A stretch of DNA of 64,000 nt from Eledone cirrhosa (GCA_964016885.1 CAXHJY010001347.1:1-64000); one strand, 5' to 3'; positions 22,512 through 36,989 are shown, counted from the first letter of the stretch. Translations and numbers: made by a program. Notes: generated by a model not told the origin, from the sequence alone.

Positions 22512-24389
22512 AGGGAGTGTAACGTGAATTTACTGTAGGTTCATCCAGGTGAGCACATGATGTTTGGGTTCACGTCAGTGGGAGGTGTAGAGCTAGACAG
22601 AGTGTAATATAATAATATAAGAACGATTTGTTAACTGTAATGAAGGCTTAACAAATCGTCATTCTATTATATATATATAATTTAGTGACAATTGGAAGTC
22701 AGATTTGCAGCTTGTTATGAAACTTTATTGCATACTACAATTGGTTCGATATCGAACAGCTCGGGTTTCATCAAGCGATCGGATCCTGACTCTTAATCGA
22801 CTCCTCCTCAGATATGCGAGTTTACATGCGTGGTCCCATCATATATATATTTATATATTAATGTGTATGTGGGTGTGTGCGTTTGTGTGTGTATGCTAGT
22901 TCGAATCAAAAGCTATTGGTAAACCCTATGACATAGTAGAATATAGTTGTCCAAATCTAAACTATAATAAAGAAAGGAGTGCGAGACTGCGTCCAGAATA
23001 TATTTTTCTTATCCCGTTTGTAAAATAAGTTGGATTACTTTGAATAAATAATGAATGAATATTACATAATTTGTGTACTAAATTTCGTAACTCTTGATTA
23101 AATATAGATAATTTTATTGCTTATTTAAAGATTCACTTCTTTAAAATGTTCAAATGTCAACACTTCCGGTTAGCACCGTTATATTATAACACTTATAAAA
23201 ACATCACATATATTTCTGTCGCTAATTTTCTCCTAATGCAGTTTATATATAATATCGTATTTTTTTAATGTATCATGGATTACTTTACTGATTACATAAG
23301 ACAGTGTAACATAGACTCTCTTCAATTTCTGTGGATATTGTCAATTACGATTTTATTTGACATATCATATCTACATGTATATATACTTGCGGATAATACC
23401 AACATGCGCACTACACATGTAGCAGAAAACCACCCGAGGTGTGGTTTTTCTGCTAGTTGTTCTAATGCAGTTGGATCCTAGGTTGAACGAACCTTCAACC
23501 ATGTGATCGGGGTTACTACGTCAATCTTCTTAACCACACAACCATACTTTACTTTTCAATTAAGCCATCTCACAATATATGATATTTCTACTTGAACATA
23601 TCACAAAGTCAAGTTAGCTTTATTAGCTGCACCATACTAAATATCATCTTTGAAGATTAACCAGTTAAGTTTTTCTCTTTATTTCTATATCACCGCTCTC
23701 TCTCTCTCTCTGTCTCGCTCACTCTCTCTCTCCCTATCTCTCTTTTTCTCTCTTTCTCTCTCCGTGTTCCTATCTTTCTCAGTTCCTCTATCCCTATCTC
23801 TCCCTGCCACTATCTCTCCAATTCGCTGTGTTTCTTTCTGTTCCGCTCTCTGTATATTTCTCTCTCTGTTTCCATATCTCTTTTCTAATCCCCCCCCCCG
23901 CCCCCTTCATCAATCACTTTTTCTTTCTTCTCATCTATTGCTCTCGTCCTCTCTCTATTTGCACTACCTCTCTACCCCCTCCCCCCTCCCCTCACGTCGT
24001 CCGTCACAAATGTAGCAATATTTCTTTTTCGTTGCTTGTAGTCTTTGTTTTAACCGACAAGTGACTACACACCAAAGTATCAATAAATAACAAAAATATT
24101 AATAGTTAAGTTACAACTACTCACTAACAGATCACAGGAATTAAGAGTGACAGGGGTGAGTTGGTGAGAGACGTTATTAAATAGTTACTTCTAATTCGCT
24201 TAATATAATAAGATTATTTTTAGTTTCAATTAATCAGCTACATATCTGACTTGATCTTTTTTTTACGTTTGAAAGGAAAAAAGAAAGAAACCAGCTATAT
24301 TAAACGCTTAGAGGTTTTAGTCTATGTGTATCTATGTGTATATATATATATATATATATTGTTATACTTGGGATATATATATATATATA

Positions 24390-24635
24390 AGTGTTGAAGT
24401 TTCCGTGGAAAAAGTAAAAGGAATGAAGAGTGCTCTATGTAAGTAACAGAGATAAATATTTAATGCATAATAGACAACACAGTATAATTACCTCATTACC
24501 TGGGGTTTCCCGAACAGGACGAACACAAGAGACGTCCGCATTCGTTCGTCAGATAAGGCAATAAATAGATATTGCGTTATCTGACGAAAACCCGGGTAAT
24601 GAGGTAATTATACTGTGTTGTTTATTAGACATTAT
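24390..24635 (-). mobile_element. Fold-back HHR element, main copy on the minus strand
   Basis: Inverted arms centred near 24565; minus-strand HHR 24491-24558 CCTTAT-CTGACGA-..CGAA..GGACG..CGTCC..TTCG.-GAAA-CCCCAGG-TA-ATGAGG. Confidence 0.8.
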
Positions 24636-25490
24636 ATATATATATATATATACAAACACGTATAAATATTGTGCGAAACCATTTTGCTGGCTTGAGAGCT
24701 GAATAGGGTGAAGTTGTGTGTATGCAAACTTGTCTTGTACATCGCCTTTCTTTATTTCCTTCTCCCAGTCACTCCTGTGCGTCAACACGCTTCTCCTTGC
24801 CCCCCCCCTCTTTCAGTCTCTTCTATATTTCACCTGCCTGTCACCCACCTTGTTAATTGTCTCTTGTTGACCACTGGCCACTGGTCCCTGTCCTCTGAGG
24901 CATGTTTGCCCATCGCTCTCTTTCACAGAATTTAGCTGTTTTAAGAGGAGAGTGGAGTGCTGAGAGATTAAAAAAAACGGGAGGAGAAAGAAAATTAATA
25001 CAATGATGAATTGGAAGTGATTGGGGCAAACTCCATGGTTTCGGCCAGCGGTCAAAATGGTGAAATAATTGCCGCAAAGAAAAGCCAGTGTCACTTCTCT
25101 TCTCCCTTCTTCGTTTTTAATTGTTTAATTTTCTATTTTCCTGCCAACTTTTATCTCTCCCTGTTTGCTATTTCAATCATTTTCGGTAAAAATTACTTAT
25201 ATTGTTGTATTCTGTTGATTAATGAAAGGCATAATTGTAAGAAGGTAAGTAATTTGATTTCAGATAAGGCAACAAAGCTGTTCTGTGTTACCAGTTCTTT
25301 ATTCAAATACGACCTTAATTTTCAAGATAAAATTTCCTCATCAGATGTAAAACATATTGGAAAGTAGAGAAAAAGTTTTAGTTTGATTGTGCCGCCTTTT
25401 CTTTCTGTTGTTACCGTTACTAGCCGGAAGTAGTAGTAAGAGTTGTGAGAAGTGGTGACGTCTTTGTGAGTGAGTTTGTCTATATTAATA

Positions 25491-25670
25491 ATTGTTTCTA
25501 CGTTTGGCACAAGGCCAGCAATTATCCGAGTGTATTACTGGTACTTTATTTTATCGACCCTGTAAGGATGAAAGGCAAAGTTAACCTCGGTGGGATTTGA
25601 ACTCAAATCATAAAGGGGTGTAACTCTATGCTACAAAGCATGGCGTCCGATCCTCTACCGATGCTGCCAA
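25491..25670 (-). mobile_element. SINE family A
   Basis: Same A/B boxes and core as 17463. Confidence 0.9.
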
Positions 25671-25799
25671 TTAATAATATTCATAACATGGTTCTATGGG
25701 ATGAGTAATTGTACTACTAGGCAAGACATGAAGTAAACATCTATTGGCTCTTCGTTGAGCGATGCGGGAGGGTCTGTGTGACAAGTGTTGTTGTTCGAC

Positions 25800-26110
25800 T
25801 GCCGTCGTTTCTGTTGACGTGTGCTCCAGATCATTAAATCAACAGAACAACCTGCTCATATCAGCGGCTGAACATCCATTGAGACGCGCACTGTTAACGT
25901 AATTCTTAGCGAGTTTCGGCGTGACACACTATCATCATAGGCTGGCCCCTTGCATTACAGATACAACTCAATGTTCCCAGCTGAGTTGACTAAAATACGG
26001 GAAATAAAGCTTCTTAGTGAAGCACACAACGTCTCGCTCTATCTTGGTAACAAACTCACTGGTTCATAATCACCAGCTGAATACACAAACCACTAAGGTA
26101 CGCGTCTTCA
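25800..26110 (-). mobile_element. Old second SINE family (CORE-like, tRNA head)
   Basis: Degenerate similarity to ~31440-31665 and ~35290-35585 (CTTAA(C)GTAATTCT; AAATAAAG..TCTT..CAAGGACA; GAACTC). Confidence 0.55.
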
Positions 26111-26450
26111 TATATAAAAAAAAACTGTTAGATGGTTGATAAAAACATTTTGATTCTTTCTTCTTTCAGTAACTTTAACTTTCTGTAACCGCATTCAACG
26201 TTGCTAAAGAGATTTGCTAGGCTAACGCCATTAATATTAATTAAGCAGATAAAAGATTTACAAGCGACACAAATCGTTCACTCCTGACTTTTTTTTAATG
26301 AATCTGTGATTTCTTTTTTTCGTTTTATCCACTCTGCATTAAACTTTTTTTTTGCCTCAAGACCTAGTAATGATTTAGCTGAAAATATCTAAAAATGAGA
26401 TTGGTACTTCAAATGTTCATCATCATTATTATTATTATTGTTATTATTGT

Positions 26451-29400
26451 TCTTTGAGTCTCAGTCATTGATGTTATTTAACTGGACAGTTTGTTGAAAT
26501 GAATATCAAGCCGCTACCTGCAGCCTCAGATATTCAGGACGCATTGAAGGGTTCTTGCTGTTCCCAGCAAGAATGCCTTTTGAAGTGTTCCCAAAAGAGG
26601 GGCTGGACTAATCTTCTTTAACCATCCTTTTGGAAACTGTTTGGGATAGTACCTAGTGTGCTTCTGACAATCGGGATGACCTTGATTTCATGGCGGTTGC
26701 AAATCCTTTTTAACTCCCACTTTAAATCCTGGTATCGGTTAATTTTCTCTTGCTCCTTTTCTTGCACTCTCGTGTCAAATGGGCAGGCTACATCTACGAT
26801 CAGGCATGATCTTTTTTCCTTGTCCAAAACCACCAGGTCAGGCCTATTGTGTTCTAATTTCTTGTCCGTGTGTATCCTAAAATCCCATAGCACCTTCACC
26901 TGATCATTTTCTATCACCGACTCTGGCTTATGCTCATACCACTTCTCAGAATGTGGTAAATTGTTTACTTTGCATAGGTGCCAGTGGATCACCCTGCCTA
27001 TAACATCATGTCTCCAGCCTTTATAGTGAGTCTGGGATAGGTGTTTACACTCGGATACAATGTGAGCCACAGTCTCCTCTCTCTCTCCACAGATCCTACA
27101 CAGTGGGCTAGCCTCCTCCTTGTAAATATGGTGTTTCACCCACTTCCTTTTGAGGGCCTGCTGTTGAGCAGCCATTAGCATTCCTTCTGTAGCCTGTTTA
27201 AGGCCTCTTCTTTTTAACCAGTTCCATGTATGTGGATCTCTAAATTCAGTGTTCTTAAAGAAGGTACTATGAAGGGATTTTTCATGAAGGTTGCTCTTCC
27301 TCCTTGTTGTTATTTCCTCATTGGACATCCCCTGGTTTATTGTCCTCTCCTTCAGTACAATCTTGAGTATTGGCTCCCTACTGTCAATCACGTATTTGTG
27401 CAGGTTGTTTTTCTCCATCTGAACACAGTCTTCTATGCTGATAAGACCTCTTCCACCTTCAGATCTCTTTAAGTAGAGTCTATCGACATCACTCCTCTTG
27501 TGGAACATGATGTAGATAGTCAATAGCTTGCAAGTCTTCCTATCCATTTCTTTTTGTTCAGCAACATCCCATTTCAGAATTCCCGCACTGTACCTAATAA
27601 TAGACACTGCTCGGGAATTCATTGCACTTATGACATTCCTACTATTTAGATGTGATTTTAATACGCTCCTTACTCTCCTAATGTACTCAGATCTTATCAA
27701 TTCCTTCATTTTTTTTTGTTCTTGATGTCATCTGCCTCCAGAACACCTAAATATTAGCATCCTTCTTCAGTGTCAATTTCCTTTATCATCTCACCTGTTG
27801 GTACCTGGATTCCGTTGCTTCTGCTCAATTTACCCCTCTTCATCACTAGGACTCCACACTTATTAATACCAAATTCCATATATATATCATTGCTAAAAAT
27901 ACGGACAGTGTCAACAAGTACATCCAACTCCTTCTCACTCTTCCCGAAGAGCTTAAGATCGTCCATGAAGAGGAGGTGATTGATGTTAAGCTCTCCCTTT
28001 CCCAACTTGTATCCTGCTCACACTTTTCGCAGTACACTGGTCAGGGGTATCAGGGCAAGGACAAACAGCAGAGGGGACAAAATATCTCCCTGGAAGATAC
28101 CTCTCTTGATCTTCACGCCTCCCAGGGATTCTCCACCCGATGTTAACTCTGTTTTCCAGGACTTCATACTTTTGCTCAACAACTGTCTGATGTTATCTGC
28201 TACCTTGAAGATCTCTAGGCTTTTGGTTATCCAAGAATGAGGTACCATGTCGAATGTCTTTTTGTAATCTATCCATCCCATGGCAAGACCAGTGTATCTC
28301 CTCTTCCAATTCCTCATTACCATCTTACCAATAAGTAACTGGTCTTTTGTACCACGGGACTTCTTTCGGCATCCTTTCTGATTCGTCCGGTAACAAGTTG
28401 TTTATGTGGAGGTGATGGTAGATTATCTCAGACACAATGCTTGTTAACAGTTTCCACATTACGGACAGACATATGATAGGTCTATAGTTGGTAACATCAT
28501 TACCCTTGACTCTGTCTTTCATTACTAGAACTGTGGTACCTTTTGTCAACCACTCTGGTACCTCACCCGACATCAAGCAGTCATTGAACATGGTTGTCAG
28601 TTTCGGGTGGAGGGATGTTATATTTTTAATCCAATACCCCTGCACACCATCTGGACCTGGTGATTTCTAGTTGGTTAGTTTTTTGGCCTGCCCTTTAAGA
28701 GATTCAACTGTGATACTCAAATCAGTTTGTTGGTGTGCTTGTTCACTAATCTCCTTTTGTACTGCCTCAATCTACACTGCCTGACCATTATGTTCAACAT
28801 CCTGCTCCCATATTCCTCTCCAGAATGTCTTAGTCTGTTCCGCCTCAGAGATCAAGTCGTTGCCTCTTTCTTTCCCTTCAAGCTGTCCAAACAGCATCTT
28901 CTGGCTGTTGTCAAACATGCGGTTCTTTCTATACTGACTGACCCTGCTCTCATACCGCTTAATGTTTGCACTTTTTGCTACAATGCGTTGCTTCAGTTCC
29001 TCTATGATAATATTTAGCTTTTCCCCCTAGTTTTGTACTCTATTTCCAATCTATTTTTAGTGTCTATGTTTTGTCATGTCCCATTCAGTAGGGACTCAAG
29101 CTTTTCAATGTCTTTTCTCATTTCCTTGATTTGACAATTCAGTCGTTTCTTCCACGAAGGTTCTGATCTTTCTTGTTTGTTGTTTCCTCTCGTTTTTATG
29201 CCAAGTAATTTCCTCACCGCATTTGCTGTTGCTTTGAGGATATTGTTGCATTGGTGAAGATTCCACGCCTCAAGGTATGGGGTGATTTTGTTTACCTTAG
29301 CTGTTGTTTCTTTTAATTTTTTCCCGTCTACAAATCTTAGGTTCATAGGTTTTCCACTATCATTGTTCATTTCATCTACCACTAAGTTCAGGATATCAAC

Positions 29401-29985
29401 CAAATCTTGTCCTAGCCCGTCAGCATTCATTTCCTCAATGGCCGTATCTTTGTTCCAGATGTTATTTATTTCAGCAATCAGATCATTGTCTGCTTCGGAT
29501 GCTTCCTCAGGTCTCTCAACCTCTTCACCTTCATTCCCCACTGGCTCGTTTGACTGACCAACTCCACTCTCCATTTCCAACTTAATATCTCTGTTCAGTT
29601 CCTCCAGTTCCAACTCGCTTATCCATCCATTAGTTCTTATTACCCGAGCCTGCCTTGCCAATTTTTGTTCATCTAATTTAAATAGACCAATCTCGTTCCA
29701 GATGTTATGCATCCGTTTCCTATAGCCTTTTTCCATGGGGTTACTCTTCAGGTAATATTCCATGACACTTCTATTCAATTCTTTCGTCCAGTTGATTCCT
29801 GTCCCTTTCCTTCTTCTTCTTCCTCCAACACCAGCAGTATTTGGATGACAGCCAGGTCCCTGCTGCTGGGCCAGGGAGCACTTGCTGCGTGAGAATCTTT
29901 CACATGGCGTTCCAGTCTCCTCTTCACCGTTATTTGAACTGTTTAGATTCGACATTTAAACACTCATATCGAGGATTGGTGAATG
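26451..29985 (-). mobile_element. Decayed R4/Dong-type non-LTR retrotransposon (RT + CCHC + RLE)
   Basis: ORF pieces in order: [94 protein letters not shown]; multiple stops and frameshifts; 3' end abuts (TAA)n. Confidence 0.92.
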
Positions 29986-30001
29986 TAAGGTTACATAACC
30001 A

Positions 30002-30050
30002 CCGGTGATTTCATCACCCCCAGTGATTTTATCACCCCCGGTGATTTTAA
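30002..30050. repeat. Three tandem palindromic units CCGGTGATTTYATCACC
   Basis: Direct inspection; possibly the subterminal repeat of a DNA transposon. Confidence 0.7.
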
Positions 30051-30357
30051 CGTGGCACCATCACGCTGTAGACGAACATAATTAAATAAACAAACAAATA
30101 GATAAAAACTTAAAAAAATAAACATAAGTTTCATTGTAATGTTTGAATGTCTGACTTAGTATTTTTTTTTTTTTTCCGCTTTTTGTTTTTCAAGGCCAGT
30201 AACATCGGTTAACATTGTTGTTGTTGCTGCTGCTGCTATTTTTGATTTTAGCTACGAGGGAAGTAGGGGATGTTGCGTTCAAAATTTTTGAAATTTGTAT
30301 TTCTTTTGTTGTTGCATTGTTTTTGTCTGTGTTCTGTTCTGTAATTTTTCGACTTGT

Positions 30358-30549
30358 TGCGGTGGATTGGCAGTGTCAGTAGAAGGTCGGATTCCATGCT
30401 TTGACACATAGAGTTACGGCCCTTGCCATTCTGTGTTCAAATCCTGCCGGGGTTAACTTTGCCTTTCATCCTTACGGGGTCAATAATAAAATAAAGTACC
30501 AGTAATGCATTGGGTTATTGCTGGCCTTGTGCAAAAAATAGAAACAATT
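30358..30549 (+). mobile_element. SINE family A
   Basis: Full head, core and ATT tail. Confidence 0.88.
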
Positions 30550-31995
30550 ATTATTATATTATAGTTTAGATTTGACATCGTTTAAACTAAACATTTTGAG
30601 AGAGTTTAGAGATACAACAATAATTATTTTGTTGTTGGTTTTGTTGTTGTTAGCTGTTTGACCGGGTCACTAAATCAGTCTATTTATATCTTTTTATATC
30701 TTTTGATGAATTCCTCGCTTCTAGTCGTGTCGTGGCACTACTACCATCTCTCTCTTAACAGGAGGTAGTGGGGTAATAGTGGTGGTAGCGATGATGCAGT
30801 GGTGACGGTGGTGATGGGAATGTAATACTGTAGTGATGCTATTGTGATGCTGTTGTTGTAGCTGTATCTAGCTAACTTTTGTGTGGTGGTGGTGGTGGCG
30901 GCGGCGGTGGTGAAATTATTTGGCTGTTGTTTTCTTTCATTTGTAACCATTTTCTTTTTTGACTATAAAATTTCTGATACAAAATTATGTATTAAATATT
31001 GGAGCCATAATTTTATGCGTCGTCACTTCCTGAGAGTTAAGACTGGTATCTTGTGTCCCATTTGTAATAAGAATTATTCTATCACAATTGTTTTAAATAT
31101 GTAAAAAATCAAAAAACTGACGGGAGCGATTTCATAACACCCTATCCACCATGTGCGTAACTTCCCTATTATTATTATTATTATTATTTGAAAAAAAATG
31201 TTTATAGATATAATTTTTTTTTTCACACGCAGAAATGCCCATTTGTACCGTCCAGTAATGTTCTGTGCTGTCATAAATGTTATATTTTATGTCAACCCTT
31301 GTGGTTGATAAAGCATTATTTTTGCAACTTGGCAGATTTATTGAGTGAGCTAGACTTTGAGCGGGAACAAATGAGTTAATATCAACAGTCTATATCAACT
31401 AGTGTAAATGGACCTCCGTCAAATTTCAACGATGATGTTGTGTAATTGGTGAACTCAACACCTGACCGTACATATGAATGAGAGATCCCTTGACACGTGT
31501 ACTCTTAAGGTAATTCTCAGGAGGGGCCCTCCCTGTGACTGAATGGACCGGACGAACGTGAAATAAATTATCTTACACAAAGACAAAATGCAGCAAATAA
31601 AATCGAACTCAAGATGTTACAAACGGAAACGGAACAAGCTAAGCTCTAAAAGAGACATTTCCACAGCCAGATAGTAGTTTAATGTGTATGTATATATTTA
31701 ATAGGAATTAGATTAGGTGATTAATCTTTTTTAACGCCATCAGAGTTTATCGATCTCCAGGATTATCGTTTCCCAGCTATGTAAAACGCGTTATTACGAA
31801 TAATATATATTGAACAGATACCTCGATATCTATCCCAATACACCCACGTTAGATATTACACAAGTAACAGAGAGATATTGCTGTTAATCCACACTTTTCA
31901 ACAGAGAATATCCAATTCACGTAAAAGCTTTGGGTTCTGAAATAAATATTCGTGAAGAAGTTAGTAGTATTCACTAACTGCCGATACTGTTGTCT

Positions 31996-32074
<79 letters not shown>

Positions 32075-32077
<3 letters not shown>

Positions 32078-32480
32078 TGGTTACACAACAGTTAGTTTAC
32101 CATACCGAGAACAATTGTTTCACCTTAGCGGATCCTCAGTTCGTAATGGACATGGTTATACGGAACGGAAAGGACAACCGTAAGAAGGCGCAAGCGCAGA
32201 AACGATCACTTCACACAGGCATACTAAATTGCGTGCAAGATGTGTAAGGAAGATAACTGCGAAAGTTCGAAAGTTTCTAGTTCAGAAAATTAGGATGTTG
32301 TTGTAATTCAATCCGGAGCTTTGTAGTTATGTAAGAGGTGTTTCCGGATGTGTGGACAACGTGTAAAGATTTCTGACCTAGAGTTTAGGCAATCAGTATT
32401 GCGTAATCTCTTTAGAATATTTATTCGTTCATCAATACATCGTCCACACTACGGATTGCTCCTTGCGTATGGCTTGGACT
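32075..32480 (-). mobile_element. 5'-truncated Penelope-like element (ORF end plus degenerate HHR)
   Basis: 32478-32308 encodes SKPYARSNP*CGRCIDERINILKRLRNTDCLNSRSEIFTRCPHIRKHLL..*; downstream CTGAGGA-TCCGCTAAGGT-GAAA-CAATTG-TT at 32100-32149; flanked by (TA)n. Confidence 0.75.
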
Positions 32481-32631
32481 TATATATATAAATAAGTGTG
32501 TGTGTTGGTGAAAGTTTTATAAACATTCCTCCAACAAAAATACTATATCTCGAAATCAGAAGAAAATGAAAAATATATTTATAACATAAAACTAAAATAT
32601 GTTTTCCCTAACTTATATATATATATATACT

Positions 32632-32663
<32 letters not shown>

Positions 32664-32666
32664 CGT

Positions 32667-32697
<31 letters not shown>

Positions 32698-32780
32698 AGA
32701 CACAGACAGACACACACACACACACATACATATATATATATATGAGTGTGCATATGTATACATGTATATATAGTTATGTT

Positions 32781-32835
<55 letters not shown>

Positions 32836-32913
32836 GTATATATATTTATAACATAAATATTTAAAACAAAACTAAAATGTGCTTTCCCTAGCTTATATAT
32901 ATATATATATACT

Positions 32914-32959
<46 letters not shown>

Positions 32960-33076
32960 CACACATATATTTCTCTCTCTCTCTCTCTCCTTCTTTCTAT
33001 GTGCGTGTGTACACGCCTCCCCCATATATATATATATGAGACGAGTGAGTATATACATACATGTATATATATACAG

Positions 33077-33107
<31 letters not shown>

Positions 33108-33639
33108 GTGTATGTAAGTGTGTTTATTTTGGTATAATAATATTCTTTTTTCTATATATTTGTATAATTAATATAATTTAGTTTTTTTTTTAAACTCTTC
33201 CTGTGATTGTTGAAATTCTTATATTTTAGAATTTATGAAAATTCAATTAATGGAGGTCTTTGTGTTAGAGCCTCGTGTATCCCTCTATCTCTTTTTATTT
33301 TAATCATTTTACCAGTAGCTTTTTTAATGTTGCGCAGTTATTGTTGCTATCATCAAAACGAGTGTTAACTCTTGTCATTATTCAAATATTCCGTCTTTGT
33401 TTTTGTTGCTAGTAAAATGGTTCTTTATTATTCTTTTTTATTATTAAAATATTTTATTATTATCATTATTATTATTATTATTAATGTTTTATCTATTAAA
33501 TGTTACATAATGTTTAATTGTTCCTTTGTTTCATTCTATCATGTCTGTTTGAAACAGAAATATGGTAATATTTTAAATTGAAAGCCGTTTTTAGAAGTAG
33601 AGAAAATATGAGAAATTAGTTAAAGAAAAATATGCGAAA

Positions 33640-33654
33640 CATATATATGTATAT

Positions 33655-33702
<48 letters not shown>

Positions 33703-33713
33703 CATATGTATAT

Positions 33714-33747
<34 letters not shown>

Positions 33748-33928
33748 CATATGTATATGTATGTATATATATATATATATAACATATGTATATGTATGTA
33801 TATATATATATATATATATAACATATGTATATGTATATATATATATATATATATATAACATATGTATATGTATGTATATATATATATATAACATATGTAT
33901 ATGTATGTATATATACATATAACATATG

Positions 33929-33965
<37 letters not shown>

Positions 33966-34000
33966 CATGTATATGTATGTATATATATATATAACATATG

Positions 34001-34032
<32 letters not shown>

Positions 34033-34606
34033 ACATATATGTGTATGTATATATATATATATATATATATATAACATATATATGTGTATGTATATGTATA
34101 TATATATATATGTATATGTATATATATATATATGTATATGTATGTATATATATATATGTATATGTATGTATATATATATATGTATATGTATGTATATATG
34201 TATATGTATGTATATATATATATGTATGTACATATATATATGTATATGTATGTATATATATATATGTATATGTATGTATATATATATATGTATATGTATG
34301 TATATATATATATGTATGTATATATATATATGTATATGTATGTATATATATGTATATGTATGTATATATATATGTATATGTATGTATATATATATATGTA
34401 TATGTATGTATATATATATATATGTATATGTATGTATATATATATATATGTATATGTATGTATATATATATATATGTATGTATATATATATATATGTATA
34501 TGTATGTATATATATATATATGTATATGTATGTATATATATATATGTATTTGTATGTATATATATATATATGTATATGTATGTATATATGTATATATATA
34601 TATATA
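33640..34606. repeat. (TA)n/(TATG)n tract with AACATATGTATATG higher-order unit
   Basis: Direct inspection. Confidence 0.95.
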
Positions 34607-35222
34607 TGGTAACATGTATCCCAGTACAACCTGTCTCATGGTCGGGTCGTTGGCGACTAAACTGGCAACCCCACCAAGGTTTCTTGGTGAGGAGGGTGAC
34701 TTTGGACATCCTGCAGGACTAAAAACAAAACCTGTCAAAGGGCAAAGGAGCTCTTAAGAGTCAATGGCCATCCAAAATCACCGGGAGAGATGACCCCTTT
34801 AGCCTTAGTCAAGGCAGAATTCTAGGAGAAGGAAAACTCTGATATAACACCTGCAACCCTGATGGTATCCAATGATGTTGACTTGTTCTTCTTTTTGGTA
34901 AATAGCATCTTGGTTAAGAGAGTGGGACTGGCTTTGTGCAGTGCCTTTGCTCACTATAAAAGCTTCACGGCACAGGCATTGCTTTATATCTGGAGATCTC
35001 TCTGCACTTGTCCTCACATGGGCCCAGCACTATGTGTCAATAATTGTCCTACCATGGGCCTAGCACTATGTGTCAATAGTTGTCACAGGTGTTGTGTTTG
35101 TACCAGAGGTTTCAAGTCGCTGGCTGGACTAAAAAGTCACACTCGTTCAGCGCTTCGGTAGGGGTTATCCTACATGGATGTAAAGTAGTGGCCGTACTCG
35201 AAAACGAGTTGGCAGCCACCAT
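34607..35222 (+). mobile_element. RTE-derived element, copy B
   Basis: Encodes ..[26 protein letters not shown]; internal ~32-bp duplication at 35017-35084; ends GGCAGCCACC(AT)n. Confidence 0.78.
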
Positions 35223-35827
35223 ATATATATATATATTAAAAATAGATAAATATTATTATATTTGCACATACGTCAGTTGCAACGAGTAATCCATTTGATT
35301 AGATATGTGGCACAGCTTCCTTGTGATATTAACATACAAGTGTCTGAGCATACCACAGACGCACGTACCCTTAAACTGTTTTAGAAGTGAGATTCAGCGT
35401 CTTAAGCGGTGGGGCCTAGTTGCCCATGTTAATTATAGGTACAGCATAATTTTTACAAGTTGAATTAAGTGGAAGCCAAAGAGTAAAGTTTCTTGCCCAA
35501 GGACAAAAGGTGGTATTGGAAAACGAATTCTTGACCCTACAAACGTGAACCAAGACGTCCAACATTAAGCCAGCCACGTTCACAAACATATATACATATA
35601 TATATAACTTTTATTTTCCAATTCATGTGTTATTTTTATTTATATTTTTATTTTCTTCCACTAACCCCAACCGCCCACACTCCCTTCGGAGTTCCTCCAC
35701 GCCCTCCTTCCTACCACTCTCTTGATGAAGGGCTTATACCCGAAACGTCGCACCCACACCCCCCACACTCAATAAGCGTGAACCTAACACCTTTCGTAAC
35801 TCGTAATCCTGTGTTGTTGCTTTTTAC

Positions 35828-35938
<111 letters not shown>

Positions 35939-36237
35939 GTATATATATAGTAATAATAATAAATTTGAAGACTAAAATCCAAAGAGGGCTCGATAAGGAT
36001 AAATATATATCAAATATATAAGAACCGTAGAGCAAATATTTTAGTTTCAGAAGATCACGTTAAGGGTGAAAGCAGCGATTCTTTGCTCAAACTTTAATCT
36101 GTTATTTTAATATATGTGTGTGTGTGTGTGAGTGTCCAGAAGAGATTGTTTTGATAAAAACAGGAGCAAGCAGGCGAAAGCTCTCAACAATCGTAGTCTT
36201 TATTTACGATGGAGATTTGTATAAAAATAACAAAATA

Positions 36238-36424
36238 ATTGTTTCTACTTTAGGCACAAGGCCAGCAATTACCCAGTGCATTACTGGTACTTTATTTTAT
36301 CGACCCCGTAAGGATGAAAGGCAAAGTCAACCTCGGCGGGATTTGAACTCAGGTCATAAAGGGACGTAACTATGCTGGAAAGCATGGCGTCCGACCCTCT
36401 ACCGATACTGCCAATCCACCGCCC
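36238..36424 (-). mobile_element. SINE family A with TSD
   Basis: TAAAAATAACAAAATAAT repeated on both sides. Confidence 0.93.
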
Positions 36425-36677
36425 TAAAAATAACAAAATAATATGCTGAGGTTACATATATCGTTTAGACATTATAATTATTTCCACGCTTCTCCATGCA
36501 ATCGAGATGTCCTTCATGCATTCGCTGTTGTTATGAGAACGGTATCCTGAGATGATACCCGATATGTTTGATATGCCGCCGGCTGGCAAAAACACACATC
36601 CTATTGTTTGTGTGCCCAGCAGACATATGAGTTCATTAAGGGTGATTTATTTGTTATTTTGTGTCGCCCCTTTGTTC

Positions 36678-36752
36678 TGTCCTACACCATCTTGTGTTTG
36701 TGTCTTATAACCAAATGGATTACAAGACACAACAAAAAGATGGTGTAGGACA
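36678..36752. repeat. Imperfect ~33-bp-arm palindrome
   Basis: TGTCCTACACCATCTT..TTGTGTCTT / AAGACACAA..AAGATGGTGTAGGACA. Confidence 0.85.
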
Positions 36753-36989
36753 TTAACCAAAATAATGAAAGTGTGATCAGGTGATCTCGTTGGAATAATT
36801 ACTCTTGGATGAGGTGAAGTTCTATCAATGTTACTGGCCGTACCATAGACTGGTAGATATTAATATGTACACACACACACACATACGTGTACATGTGAAC
36901 ACCCGAGGCGTAGTTTCCAGTAAGTATATCAGTGTAGAACTAAGGAGAGTGTAATAATAATAATAATTATAATAATTATAATAATTATT

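Noticed and set aside
35718-35752. HHR-like TTGATGA-AGGG..CCC-GAAACGTC; similar partial cores at 53012-53040, 47372-47402 and 25310-25342(-)
   Set aside because: Core or stems are broken; probably decayed PLE ribozymes or chance matches, so not called.
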